This document shows positions 1 to 8,772 of a stretch of 64,000 nt of DNA, in pieces. Positions within the stretch are counted from its first letter, which is position 1. Every line of letters begins with the position of its first letter. Source of the DNA: a virus (taxonomy: Duplodnaviria; Caudoviricetes); the IMG/VR virus record IMGVR_UViG_3300025924_000017, positions 1 through 64,000 of that record. One strand, given 5' to 3'. Below the pieces are notes generated by a model. That model was not told the DNA's origin and did not search any database. It saw nothing but the letters and a program-made list of their open reading frames with translations. A program made the position numbers and the translations under genes.

Positions 1-58
1 GCAACGATTTGGACCAAGAGAAGATCGCCGCTGGTTTGATCTGAACCGAAGGAACCTG

Positions 59-232
59 ATGATCAAAGACACTATCCAAATCGTTGCCGCCGTCTATCTC
101 CTCTTCTGGGGGTTAAAGATGGAGACCGCGAATCTGCGCAGCTTCGTGACTTTCAAGTTCGCTCCGATTTTGCTCGCGGGGGCTCTGGGCCTGCTTGGCT
201 TCGGCGGGATCATGGGGTGGCCCCTTGGTTGA
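59..232 (+). CDS. small membrane protein (57 aa)
   Basis: Hand translation MIKDTIQIVAAVYLLFWG...GWPLG; two hydrophobic stretches. Confidence 0.55.
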   Translation: MIKDTIQIVAAVYLLFWGLKMETANLRSFVTFKFAPILLAGALGLLGFGGIMGWPLG

Positions 233-242
233 TCGTCCACCA

Positions 243-776
243 ATGAACGCACAGGAACTCATCGCAAAAGGCTACCGGCGCGTCTCCAGCCGCCATCGCA
301 TCGTGACACGTATCGACCGGGAGGACTGGAAGGAGCGGCTGGCTGCTGATCTGGGGCGCTCTGTCGCCGATCTTTACATCATGGGCTCGAACGGTGGCGT
401 ACCGGTCGTTGGGCGCGCCGTCGCCGGGCAATGGTGTGACTATTACCGTCGCGTCATGAGCCGGGACAAGATCGAGGGTGTTCCGGAGGACGTGTTCAAA
501 TTGATCCCGTCTTCCTGCCACGATCCCTGCGGGTACGTCCCGATCAATGAGGCAGGTGGAACTCCCATGGCGCGATGGAGTGTCACCTACTACTACCTCG
601 CCACGGGGATGGAGGGGCATCCGGACACAGCCGACTACGGCGTTGTGCTCGCGGCGACGGCCGCCGACGCCCGGAATAAGGTCGCACAGGATCGCTTTCC
701 GCATGACGAAAAAGCGAAGCAGTTCTTCTTCGGGTGTCTGACGGCTCGGAAGCTCGCGGAGATTGAAGGCATCTGA
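243..776 (+). CDS. hypothetical protein
   Basis: ORF 195..776, ATG 243 chosen; internal ATG at 568 may be a second start. Confidence 0.6.
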   Translation: MNAQELIAKGYRRVSSRHRIVTRIDREDWKERLAADLGRSVADLYIMGSNGGVPVVGRAVAGQWCDYYRRVMSRDKIEGVPEDVFKLIPSSCHDPCGYVPINEAGGTPMARWSVTYYYLATGMEGHPDTADYGVVLAATAADARNKVAQDRFPHDEKAKQFFFGCLTARKLAEIEGI

Positions 777-950
777 GGGAACGCGCCGGTCGTCACCGGC
801 TAGTCAGGGGACCTACCCCGATGAAGAAGCGGCGTGACGCCCGCTAACAAAGGCCACGCGCTGGACGGCGCCGCGAATGGGACGCGTTACTTCCGGTGCG
901 TGGAGGACGCCTTCGGGGTCCAGTGAAGCGCCCGGAAGCCCTTCGGCTGA

Positions 951-999
951 ATTATTTTGTCCCGCTAGTGTTGACAAAATCAAACCGCCGTAGTACACC
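951..999 (+). promoter_or_regulatory. sigma70-type phage promoter (ATTATTTTGTC-N9-TTGACA family)
   Basis: TTGACA 971-976, 17 nt spacer, TACACC 994-999. Confidence 0.75.
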
Positions 1000-1026
1000 G
1001 TCCTCGAAATTGACGGGATTGTTGCT

Positions 1027-2412
1027 ATGCTTGCTGAGATGACCGACGAGAAGCCCTCCGCCCGCGATCTGGTTGAGGCTGCTACCTTCTGGGGCGGACG
1101 TGAGGGCGAGTTCGTCCTGATCGTCAACATCAACGGGCGCTATGAGGGGTTGGTTAACTCCAAGATCGCCGAGTTCGCCAAGATCGCCAAACGGCACAAT
1201 CAGTCGTTCGGCGTCGTCAACCGCGTCGTAACGTTGCGCGAAGTTCCGCATCCGCAGTTCCCAAACCGCAAGATCACGATTGAGAACGTGCGCCTCGGCA
1301 TCCAGATGCCGCCGGTGGTCGGCGAGAAGGGCCGCATCCTTGCGCACTTCGAGCGCGCCGAGGACGGCAAGACGTTCTACACCAACGTGTTCGACGACAG
1401 CCGTCGCGCCGAGGCGGAGTCGTACATTCCGAAGCTCGGCATCTGCGAGCACTGCAACACCAAGCGTTACCGCAAAGACGTGTTCGTGTGTGATACGACC
1501 GAGGGCGTCAAGGTCGTCGGTTCCGACTGCCTCAAGGACTTCATCGGGATCGACCCGATCCTGTCGGTCAAGGGCTTGGAGTTTCTGCGCTTCGCCTCGT
1601 CCAGCGAGTCCGATCTGGAGGAGCGCTTCTTCGGCGGCGGCGACAACAGCATCGATACGACCTATCTGGTGCGGGAGTGCTATAAGGTCGCCAAACATTT
1701 CGGCGGCTACTCGCGTGAGGTCTCGGACGAGATGCGCACCCATCTCGACATCATCTTGAATGGCCCGAAGGGTAACAAGGATCGCGCTGCCATCTACGCG
1801 ATCTACTACAATTGGAAGAAAGAGCCGGTGTTCAATCCGGAACTCGATCTCTACAAGCTCGCCGATTACGTCGAGACCATGCAGGGCGATTTCGGCTCGA
1901 ACCTCCGCATCGCATTCGGGATGCCGCGTGTCGAACTCAAGCGCATGAATATCATCCTCGCAGGCGTCGGTCTGTTCGTAGGTAAGATCGCGCGCATCGA
2001 CAAGGAAGCCGAGGCTAAGGCTGCTCTGCCCCCGGCCAAGCTGGTTGACGCCGAGCCGGGCACACGCGTCGATCTCCTCGGCACAGTCCTGCGTACGACA
2101 CCGTACACCTCCGACTTCGGCGGTGGCGTGGTGGTCGTAGTGCGCTGCGTCGGTGGTGAGAACCTGCTGCACTTCTACTCAGGCAATGACGAAGTGGAAG
2201 CGGGTAAGACCTACACGATCCGTGCGACCGTGAAAAAGCACGGCACAGACAAGCGCTCGGGCGAGCCCCAGACCGTCGTTAGCCGGGCTGTGTATCTACC
2301 CGAAGCGACCTACGCCATCGAGATGGCGGCGAAAGCTGCCAAGGCGGCAAAGAAAGCGGCGAGGGACGCGAAGGCGAGCGGCGATCTGCTCAACCTTGTG
2401 GAGGCGAAATGA
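1027..2412 (+). CDS. conserved phage protein with CxxC motif and C-terminal OB-fold-like domain
   Basis: CEHC..R.RK..F..VGSDCLKDF motif; C-terminal beta-rich ..KTYTIRATVKKH..QTVVSR. Confidence 0.7.
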   Translation: MLAEMTDEKPSARDLVEAATFWGGREGEFVLIVNINGRYEGLVNSKIAEFAKIAKRHNQSFGVVNRVVTLREVPHPQFPNRKITIENVRLGIQMPPVVGEKGRILAHFERAEDGKTFYTNVFDDSRRAEAESYIPKLGICEHCNTKRYRKDVFVCDTTEGVKVVGSDCLKDFIGIDPILSVKGLEFLRFASSSESDLEERFFGGGDNSIDTTYLVRECYKVAKHFGGYSREVSDEMRTHLDIILNGPKGNKDRAAIYAIYYNWKKEPVFNPELDLYKLADYVETMQGDFGSNLRIAFGMPRVELKRMNIILAGVGLFVGKIARIDKEAEAKAALPPAKLVDAEPGTRVDLLGTVLRTTPYTSDFGGGVVVVVRCVGGENLLHFYSGNDEVEAGKTYTIRATVKKHGTDKRSGEPQTVVSRAVYLPEATYAIEMAAKAAKAAKKAARDAKASGDLLNLVEAK

Positions 2413-2732
2413 GTCACGCACACTACGACGAGCGCGAGCACGCAATCTTTCGAGCGGGGCAGGAAGCTGCCTTACGCTTCAATGCCGGTTCGCACCTCAT
2501 TCATCAAGACGTGTTCAAAGCCGAGAGCGCCAACTGGAAGCTTTATGTCAGCTACGACGACGTCGAGTTCGGCAACACCCTCACCATAACGTTCAAGGAT
2601 CGCTGGGACAATGATGGCGCTCTCAAACAAGTCACGATCCAGTGCGGCACGGCGAAGAAGGGCATCGAGCGCGCTCTGAAATTCATCGCCCGGCATCCGG
2701 TCGAGGAGCCACGCTGCGACGTGGATTACTGA
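2409..2732 (+). CDS. hypothetical protein
   Basis: ATGA overlap with upstream gene. Confidence 0.7.
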   Translation: MSHAHYDEREHAIFRAGQEAALRFNAGSHLIHQDVFKAESANWKLYVSYDDVEFGNTLTITFKDRWDNDGALKQVTIQCGTAKKGIERALKFIARHPVEEPRCDVDY

Positions 2733-2959
2733 TGTCTGATCGTGTCTCGAAGGAAGACCTCGACGTCGCGATCCTCTGGCTGGAGAGCTACGAGGCGCCG
2801 GACGGCGATGACACCGGCGAGCGCTGCCAGCGCGTCGCGGACTTTCTACGCACCGAGCAGAAGAACCGGGAACGCGAGGCTGCCGTACGGTCACTGATGA
2901 AGCAAACCGGGAAGTCGGCGAAGGAAATCCGTGCCGCGATGAAGGCGAAGGGTCTCTGA
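2732..2959 (+). CDS. hypothetical protein
   Basis: TGATG coupling; MSDRVSKEDL.. Confidence 0.7.
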   Translation: MSDRVSKEDLDVAILWLESYEAPDGDDTGERCQRVADFLRTEQKNREREAAVRSLMKQTGKSAKEIRAAMKAKGL

Positions 2960-3285
2960 TGTCCGGTTTCAAATACGAGCCCTATAAGCCGGAAGACGGG
3001 AAGCGCAGCGCTCATTACGAGCCGCTGCCGGATATCGGTGACTGGAAGTTCGAAAGCGACTTCATGGGGAACCAGTTTCGGTACACCAACCAGAAATATC
3101 CGGCCTGCATTGCATGGATACGCCGCTACGAGCGGGGCGAAGGTTATAGGCAAGAATGGCGCATTTTGCATCCGGAAAGCGGGTCGTATAGCTACGGTGC
3201 AAACGGTAAGACCCGCGAATTCAAGTCACCCGAGCGCGCGATCAAGGCGTTGGAAGCCGACTTCGATCCTATCGATCATGCGTAA
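2959..3285 (+). CDS. hypothetical protein
   Basis: TGATG coupling. Confidence 0.7.
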   Translation: MSGFKYEPYKPEDGKRSAHYEPLPDIGDWKFESDFMGNQFRYTNQKYPACIAWIRRYERGEGYRQEWRILHPESGSYSYGANGKTREFKSPERAIKALEADFDPIDHA

Positions 3286-3499
3286 AACCTTGGAGAAGGC
3301 CCCACTCCAGTACGCTGGCTGTTACACGCTTGATCTCTATTGCGACCACGTAAGCTCGCTCCACGCCTTCAACGAATTTCCACACCAGATCACCGGCGAG
3401 ACCTTTTCGGAATGCACGCGGCAGGCGCGGGCTCGCGGCTGGGTATTCCATAAGAAAACGCGGACCGCGACCTGTCCGAAATGCACTGGACATCGCTGA
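3278..3499 (+). CDS. small zinc-finger-like protein
   Basis: MRKTLEK..YCDH..CPKC. Confidence 0.65.
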   Translation: MRKTLEKAPLQYAGCYTLDLYCDHVSSLHAFNEFPHQITGETFSECTRQARARGWVFHKKTRTATCPKCTGHR

Positions 3500-3547
3500 T
3501 TATTTTGTCCCGCGACTGTTGACAATACCCAGAGCGCGTGCTATCTC
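3499..3547 (+). promoter_or_regulatory. sigma70-type phage promoter
   Basis: ATTATTTTGTCC 3499; TTGACA 3519-3524; GC-TATCTC 3540-3547. Confidence 0.75.
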
Positions 3548-3553
3548 ACCTCC

Positions 3554-3845
3554 ATCAATACGGAGGAACCCACGCCATGCCCTGAAGACACGTCGCCAAC
3601 AATCGCGCCTGAGTCACCCCAGAGCGCCCCGAGGAAAGGGGAATGTCCGCCGCCCTAGTCAGAGATAGCCGGTGGATCAGCGATAGACGGTAATGACGAG
3701 GTGACCCCTGCACCCGCTGGCGGCGGGAGACGGTGCAGGGCGTGAGAATAGTCTCCCGCCGCATCCGCAGGGAACTTTGAGTTCCCGGCGGGAACTTGCA
3801 AAATCCGCAACACAACCTTAACGAATCCAACGAGACAGTGGTGTC
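3554..3845 (+). ncRNA. candidate structured RNA or leader with H-type pseudoknot
   Basis: No credible ORF after promoter; 3706-3714 pairs with 3732-3740 (9 bp); 3720-3731 pairs with 3751-3762 (12 bp); interleaved and perfect. Confidence 0.55.
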
Positions 3846-4757
3846 ATGAATAAATACACAACCTACGCGACTCTCCTGCCTATTCTCGCGGTCGAATGGG
3901 TCGCTTTAGGGGTTTTGGGGTTGTGCAGTATCCTCTTGGTCTATGGGTTTGGTTTCTCCGTTGTGGGCGTCGGCGCCTACGCGCAAGGATTACCTCTTAT
4001 GATCGCGGCTGCGCTTGTGCTGCGTTTCAAAGGTTGGGGCCGGATCGCGCTCGTCTCCGAATACCTCGGCGCCGCCGCACTCACGGCCGGTATCCTGATG
4101 ATCTTCAATTATGCATCCTGCGCCCTTGCGTTCCCCTTGCAGGACGCATTTCTGGGCGCCACTGATCAAGCTCTCGGGTTCAACTGGCTCGCCGGATTCA
4201 ACTTCGTTGACACGCATGTGCTGGTCAAGGCAGTTCTCGCGACAGCTTATCGAAGCTATAAATTTCAGATGATCTTCATTGCGCTCTATTTCGCCGCACG
4301 ATCTGACCTTCACCGTCTGCGCGAAGTATTCTGGCTGACGCTGGTCGGAGCCGTCCTTACCTGCGCCATTGGTGCTCTCGTGCCTGCCATGGGTGCTTTC
4401 CGGGCCAATCATCTTGAGATCGCCGATTACTTGCCTGTGATGGCGGGTCTGCGCAGCGGCGTCCTGCACAGCGTCACCATCGTCGATGGCGTAGGTGTGA
4501 TCAGCTTTCCGTCGTTCCACACGGTGATGGCACTCGTGAACACGTACGCTGTGCGACGCACTTCGGCTTTCTGGGTGATGCTCGTGCTGAACGTCCTGAT
4601 GCTGCTCTCCACCCCTTTCTTTGGCGGTCACTACCTGAGCGACATGATTGCGGGCGCTGCGGTGGCGATCTGCGTCGCCTTCCTCGTCCGGGTTCCGCTC
4701 AAGTGGCGGATTTTCGTGCCCGGCTCAATGCCGCAAATGGTGCCTAATATGCCTTGA
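3846..4757 (+). CDS. PAP2-family multi-pass membrane phosphoesterase (IPC-synthase-like)
   Basis: SFPSFHT and GGHYLSD motifs; many TM helices. Confidence 0.85.
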   Translation: MNKYTTYATLLPILAVEWVALGVLGLCSILLVYGFGFSVVGVGAYAQGLPLMIAAALVLRFKGWGRIALVSEYLGAAALTAGILMIFNYASCALAFPLQDAFLGATDQALGFNWLAGFNFVDTHVLVKAVLATAYRSYKFQMIFIALYFAARSDLHRLREVFWLTLVGAVLTCAIGALVPAMGAFRANHLEIADYLPVMAGLRSGVLHSVTIVDGVGVISFPSFHTVMALVNTYAVRRTSAFWVMLVLNVLMLLSTPFFGGHYLSDMIAGAAVAICVAFLVRVPLKWRIFVPGSMPQMVPNMP

Positions 4758-4816
4758 CTCGCGACAGTGGTCTGACGTATGTCGTGATCCGCGACACCCG
4801 GATCACCACTGCCAGC

Positions 4817-5194
4817 ATGACTGTCGGCGTCCTCATTCTGCTTCTCTTCCTGTTCCAGTTGAAGCATTTCCTCTGCGATTGGCTCTTCCAGACGCCGTGG
4901 ATGTACCGGAACAAGGGGACCTTCGGGCACCCCGGCGGCATTGTCCACGCAGGCTGGCAGGCGCTCGCAACGGTCCTACTGCTTGCGCTCTTAACCGCCC
5001 AGCCGTGGGGTATGGTCGCGAGGTTGGCGCTCGCAGAGTTCGTCATCCACTACATGACGGACTGGTCGAAGATGAACATCACCCGCAAGACCGGCTGGAC
5101 ACCAAATGACTCCGAATACTGGTGGCTCACCGGCCTCGACCAATTCATCCATCAAATGACGTATATCGGGGTCATCTGGGTGGTGGTCACGTGA
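4817..5194 (+). CDS. DUF3307-type membrane protein
   Basis: HFLCDWLFQT..K..H; GLDQFIH motif. Confidence 0.8.
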   Translation: MTVGVLILLLFLFQLKHFLCDWLFQTPWMYRNKGTFGHPGGIVHAGWQALATVLLLALLTAQPWGMVARLALAEFVIHYMTDWSKMNITRKTGWTPNDSEYWWLTGLDQFIHQMTYIGVIWVVVT

Positions 5195-5523
5195 TCATCG
5201 ATCTCCGCTTCATCCGCATCTGGTTTGCCGATTGTGCGTTCCATGCGCGTCAGCGGGCCTTGCAGTACAGCATCGACCACTGGTGGTACGCTTGGCATCC
5301 GGTTTTCGAAGACGGGCACCTGATCTGGCTGCGATGGGTCAAGCGCTACTGGCGTTTCCCGCGTTTTCGCTACTGCCTCAATCCATCACCGCACGAGTGG
5401 GCTGATTACGCTCCGGCACTGCGCCTGATCTTCGGTGAAAATCCCGGTCGGCGCATCTGGCGTAACGGTCAGCGCGGCGACTTCACCGAGACCAAATTCA
5501 GCTTCAAGAAGAAAGCATCCTAA
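5191..5523 (+). CDS. hypothetical protein (Trp/Arg rich)
   Basis: GTGA overlap. Confidence 0.6.
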   Translation: MIIDLRFIRIWFADCAFHARQRALQYSIDHWWYAWHPVFEDGHLIWLRWVKRYWRFPRFRYCLNPSPHEWADYAPALRLIFGENPGRRIWRNGQRGDFTETKFSFKKKAS

Positions 5524-5699
5524 TGACGCGTGTCAGTTGGATCAGCGCATCCCTGCTCATTATCGGCGCGGTGATTCTGATCCCATGCCTCCTCATCGAT
5601 CAGATGGCCCTCGGGCACGCTTGGGACATGCAAGCGACGGTCGGCGCTGCGTTGGTGGTGTTGGGCGTTGCTGGGGTCGTCGGCGAACGGGTGGGCTGA
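5523..5699 (+). CDS. small two-TM protein
   Basis: TAATG coupling; hand translation MTRVSWISASLLIIG.. Confidence 0.6.
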   Translation: MTRVSWISASLLIIGAVILIPCLLIDQMALGHAWDMQATVGAALVVLGVAGVVGERVG

Positions 5700-5701
5700 G
5701 C

Positions 5702-5899
5702 GTGGTCCGCGTCCTCGACACAACGCCTGATCCTGCCGTCGTCAAACGCTGCTCGTGCAAAGAATGCGCGGCGCGGCTTGAATATGTCCGCAATGATGTG
5801 CGGTCGCACTACGCCACGGACTACGGCGGTGGTGGGGACACCTATTACTGGATCGTCTGCCCGAACTGCGGGAAAGACGTTTACGTGGAGAGACCATAA
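5702..5899 (+). CDS. zinc-ribbon protein
   Basis: GTG start; CKEC..CPNC. Confidence 0.7.
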   Translation: MVRVLDTTPDPAVVKRCSCKECAARLEYVRNDVRSHYATDYGGGGDTYYWIVCPNCGKDVYVERP

Positions 5900-6267
5900 T
5901 GCCCGCACCCGGTTCCGATGTTGGTGGCACGAAGCGTTCAGTCGCGCGTAACCGCGACTATTGGCGTGATCAATCTGGGCGGAACGCTCGGGAGGTCGTG
6001 GTTCTCCAGCAACAGCTTCAAGGCCTCCGTAACGAGATCAAGCCGACGCGCGAGAAGTTGAACGAATACCGCGATCTCTCGATCACGCAGGCGCGAAAGA
6101 TCGAGGCTCTGGAAGCTCAGCTTGAGCAGGCGCAGCGTGCTTCGGCGCAGAGTCGTCGGGTCAAAGTTACCGTCAACGACGCGGTTCATTTCGATAACGA
6201 AGTGTGTGACGGCGTGTTCTATTTCCACGATGCGGAGACGCGAACCTCGATTGTAATCGAGACGTGA
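5899..6267 (+). CDS. hypothetical coiled-coil protein
   Basis: TAATG coupling; heptad-like middle. Confidence 0.7.
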   Translation: MPAPGSDVGGTKRSVARNRDYWRDQSGRNAREVVVLQQQLQGLRNEIKPTREKLNEYRDLSITQARKIEALEAQLEQAQRASAQSRRVKVTVNDAVHFDNEVCDGVFYFHDAETRTSIVIET

Positions 6268-6689
6268 CGTTGTTGGTAATGACAGACACTCGTCTCTACA
6301 TCGTTTTCCGTGCCGATCTGCCTGAGATGACCCGGGCAAAAGGCGAGGTGCAGGCCGCGCACGCGGCTGGTTCGCTCATCTTCAAGCACGCGTTGCGCGG
6401 CGCGCGCGGAATGAACGAACTCGCCGAATGGATGGGCGGCATGTTCGCCGTCATCAAACCCAACGCCGAGATCGACAGCGCGCAGCCCAAAGTCGTTATG
6501 GAGGTCGATGATCTCCCGGCGCTGCTCAAGGTCCGCGACCGGGCGTTCAAACGCAGCGTCGTTGCCGTCGTCGTCAAAGACGCGGCGCATACAGTTTTCT
6601 CGGAGCCGACAATCACGTGTGTGGCGTTCGGTCCGTGCTCGAAGACGGACGGCAATGCGATCACGCGTGGTGCGAGGATGCGCGTATGA
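6264..6689 (+). CDS. peptidyl-tRNA hydrolase, PTH2 family
   Basis: YIVFRADL..GEVQAAHAA..KVVM..KDAAHT..PTITCVAFGP; start may be ATG 6279. Confidence 0.85.
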   Translation: MTLLVMTDTRLYIVFRADLPEMTRAKGEVQAAHAAGSLIFKHALRGARGMNELAEWMGGMFAVIKPNAEIDSAQPKVVMEVDDLPALLKVRDRAFKRSVVAVVVKDAAHTVFSEPTITCVAFGPCSKTDGNAITRGARMRV

Positions 6690-7015
6690 AACCCGACGAA
6701 ATCAGGAAGCTGAGCGAGATGCTCGATCTGCGGGATCGCCACGTTCGCGCCATCGCGGAAATGGATACGACACTCGATTGGGATACCGATTCTCGGATCA
6801 AGATCGATACGGTACGGCCGACCAAGCAAAGAAATCCGAATGATTCAGGACATCAAGGCTACACCGTAACATACACCCTTACCAAGGAAGAACGCGCCCA
6901 AGTTCTCGGACTTCTCAAGGCGCTTTATCAAGCTCGGCTCACGATAATTCTTCAAGAACTGACGCAACGAGGTTGCAATCTCGATGAGGGCGAGCGCCCG
7001 GTGACAACGTCGTGA
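6686..7015 (+). CDS. hypothetical protein
   Basis: ATGA overlap. Confidence 0.65.
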   Translation: MKPDEIRKLSEMLDLRDRHVRAIAEMDTTLDWDTDSRIKIDTVRPTKQRNPNDSGHQGYTVTYTLTKEERAQVLGLLKALYQARLTIILQELTQRGCNLDEGERPVTTS

Positions 7016-7548
7016 TCTTCACATCCTCGTACACCGACGCCCAAGGCGTTCATTATCTCACATCCTTCTACGCCAAAAATCAGGCGGATGCCGAAGGTAT
7101 TCTCAAGCTGCGTTTCATGGGCGAAGTGCTTTTCCCTCAGCCGCAGCAGACGCCGCCGGTGATGACCTCGGCGCTCATTGCGCAGTGGCGGTTCGCTGAG
7201 GCGATCCATGCAGCCTGCTGGCTCGGTATGGTGGGGTGCGCTTCGGGCCTATTCAATGGCTTCAATCTTCTCCGCGACCGTGGGCTCATTCATTCGATAT
7301 CACATCTGGTGACGAAGCCCCCGAGCGCTTTTCTCAAAGAGAACCTGACCGACAAAATACGTCTCCTCGTCGCGCTCGCTTACTGGAATGCACTCCGAGT
7401 CGAGTCGGCCGTCCCCGGTTTTCAACTATGCGACGGCGATGTGCCCCCGGTGGATTGGGGAAATGCGCCGGAACCAATGATCGAAACGCTCGAAGCCGTG
7501 CGGCTCGCGTTTCCTCGCGAATACGAAGATTGGCGAACTCCCGAATGA
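7012..7548 (+). CDS. hypothetical protein
   Basis: GTGA overlap. Confidence 0.65.
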   Translation: MIFTSSYTDAQGVHYLTSFYAKNQADAEGILKLRFMGEVLFPQPQQTPPVMTSALIAQWRFAEAIHAACWLGMVGCASGLFNGFNLLRDRGLIHSISHLVTKPPSAFLKENLTDKIRLLVALAYWNALRVESAVPGFQLCDGDVPPVDWGNAPEPMIETLEAVRLAFPREYEDWRTPE

Positions 7549-7748
7549 CGAAGTATCAGCAATATCTCCTTCAAGACCTCAAAGAGCGCCGGGAGCAACT
7601 CGCCCGTCTTTGGCGAATTCCAGACGGGATGACGAGAGATCAGGCGTGCGCGCTCTGGGGTACGGGCGGCACCAATTCGTCCGGCCTTCACATGCTCCAC
7701 TACGGGCAATGGGAATTGCTCGGCAAACTGATCGAGGACAATTCGTGA
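7545..7748 (+). CDS. hypothetical protein
   Basis: ATGA overlap; MTKYQQYLL.. Confidence 0.6.
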   Translation: MTKYQQYLLQDLKERREQLARLWRIPDGMTRDQACALWGTGGTNSSGLHMLHYGQWELLGKLIEDNS

Positions 7749-8605
7749 GTTTCATTGCACCTGATCTCCCCCGCGACGTCTTGAGCGAGGGAAACATCCG
7801 TCTCGGGAAGATCGAGGCCAAGCATGACGTCCTGATCGTCTGCGCGGTCGAGAGCGGTTCGCGGGCGTGGGGTTTCCCGTCTCCGGACAGCGACAACGAC
7901 GTGCGGTTCTTCTATGTGCGCCCGCTCTCGAAGTATGTCGGTCTCGACGATCCCCGCGATGTGATCGAGGAGCCCATCGACGGACTCTGGGACGTAAACG
8001 GATGGGACCTGCGCAAGGCATTACGTCTACTCGTCGGTGACAACAATGCGACCGTCGCTGAATGGCTATCGTCGCCGCTCATTTATCGCGAGCACGGTCC
8101 AGTGCCGTACAAGCTGCGCGATCTGATCAAGCGTCACGCATCATCGGCGGGATCGGCAAAGCATTACTATGGGCTGACGAGTACCTGCTACAAGAAAGAC
8201 ATCGACCGGCGCCCGAAACAGGTTGAGATTGACGAGGCGCTGGACACTGGTCGTAAGATCAAGGGTTTCACCGAGGTCAATCAGAAGAAGTACCTCTACG
8301 CATTGCGTGGTTCACTCGCGATCCAGTGGATCAAGCGCTATGAGGAAGTTCCGCCAATGGCACTTCCGGCACTGATGTCGCACGACATCATACCTCCCAA
8401 GGTCCGTGAGGAGATTGGTGATCTTCTCAGGCGCAAAGCGACGATGGGCGAATACATGAACGGCCCACGCATCGCCGTGCTCGATGAGTTCATCGAAGGC
8501 TCCATCGCGTGGGTCAAAGATAACGGGATGGACAAGACGCCGGTCAACAAAGCGTTCAAGGCAGAAGCGAACCAGCTTCTTCTCGATGCGCTGGGGCTTG
8601 GCTGA
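7745..8605 (+). CDS. pol-beta-type nucleotidyltransferase (RlaP/YcgL-like, RNA-repair associated)
   Basis: ESGSRAWGFPSPDSDNDVRF, WDLRKAL, EWLSSPLIY, KKYLYALR motifs. Confidence 0.88.
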   Translation: MSFIAPDLPRDVLSEGNIRLGKIEAKHDVLIVCAVESGSRAWGFPSPDSDNDVRFFYVRPLSKYVGLDDPRDVIEEPIDGLWDVNGWDLRKALRLLVGDNNATVAEWLSSPLIYREHGPVPYKLRDLIKRHASSAGSAKHYYGLTSTCYKKDIDRRPKQVEIDEALDTGRKIKGFTEVNQKKYLYALRGSLAIQWIKRYEEVPPMALPALMSHDIIPPKVREEIGDLLRRKATMGEYMNGPRIAVLDEFIEGSIAWVKDNGMDKTPVNKAFKAEANQLLLDALGLG

Positions 8606-8772
8606 TGAAGATCGGAGTGGAGGAGGGCGATATGTGCGGTCGAGATGGTTGCGACGGCATCATCGAATTTCCGCCAGTCGAGAACTGCACCTGTTTTCAA
8701 GTCGCTCCTTGCTGGCGTTGCGTGAGTAACAGGCCGGAATGTAACAAGTGTTTGGAGTACGTCGATGAGTAA
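8605..8772 (+). CDS. small Cys-rich protein (55 aa)
   Basis: Hand translation MKIGVEEGDMCGRDGC..CTC..CWRC..CNKC. Confidence 0.6.
   Translation: MKIGVEEGDMCGRDGCDGIIEFPPVENCTCFQVAPCWRCVSNRPECNKCLEYVDE

Noticed and set aside
3554-3845. tmRNA, RNase P RNA or hammerhead ribozyme
   Set aside because: No tRNA-like GGGG..CCA ends or tag peptide. GAGGAAAG is not followed directly by UCC and no matching 3' P4 strand is visible. CTGAAGA lacks a stem II-GAAA context.
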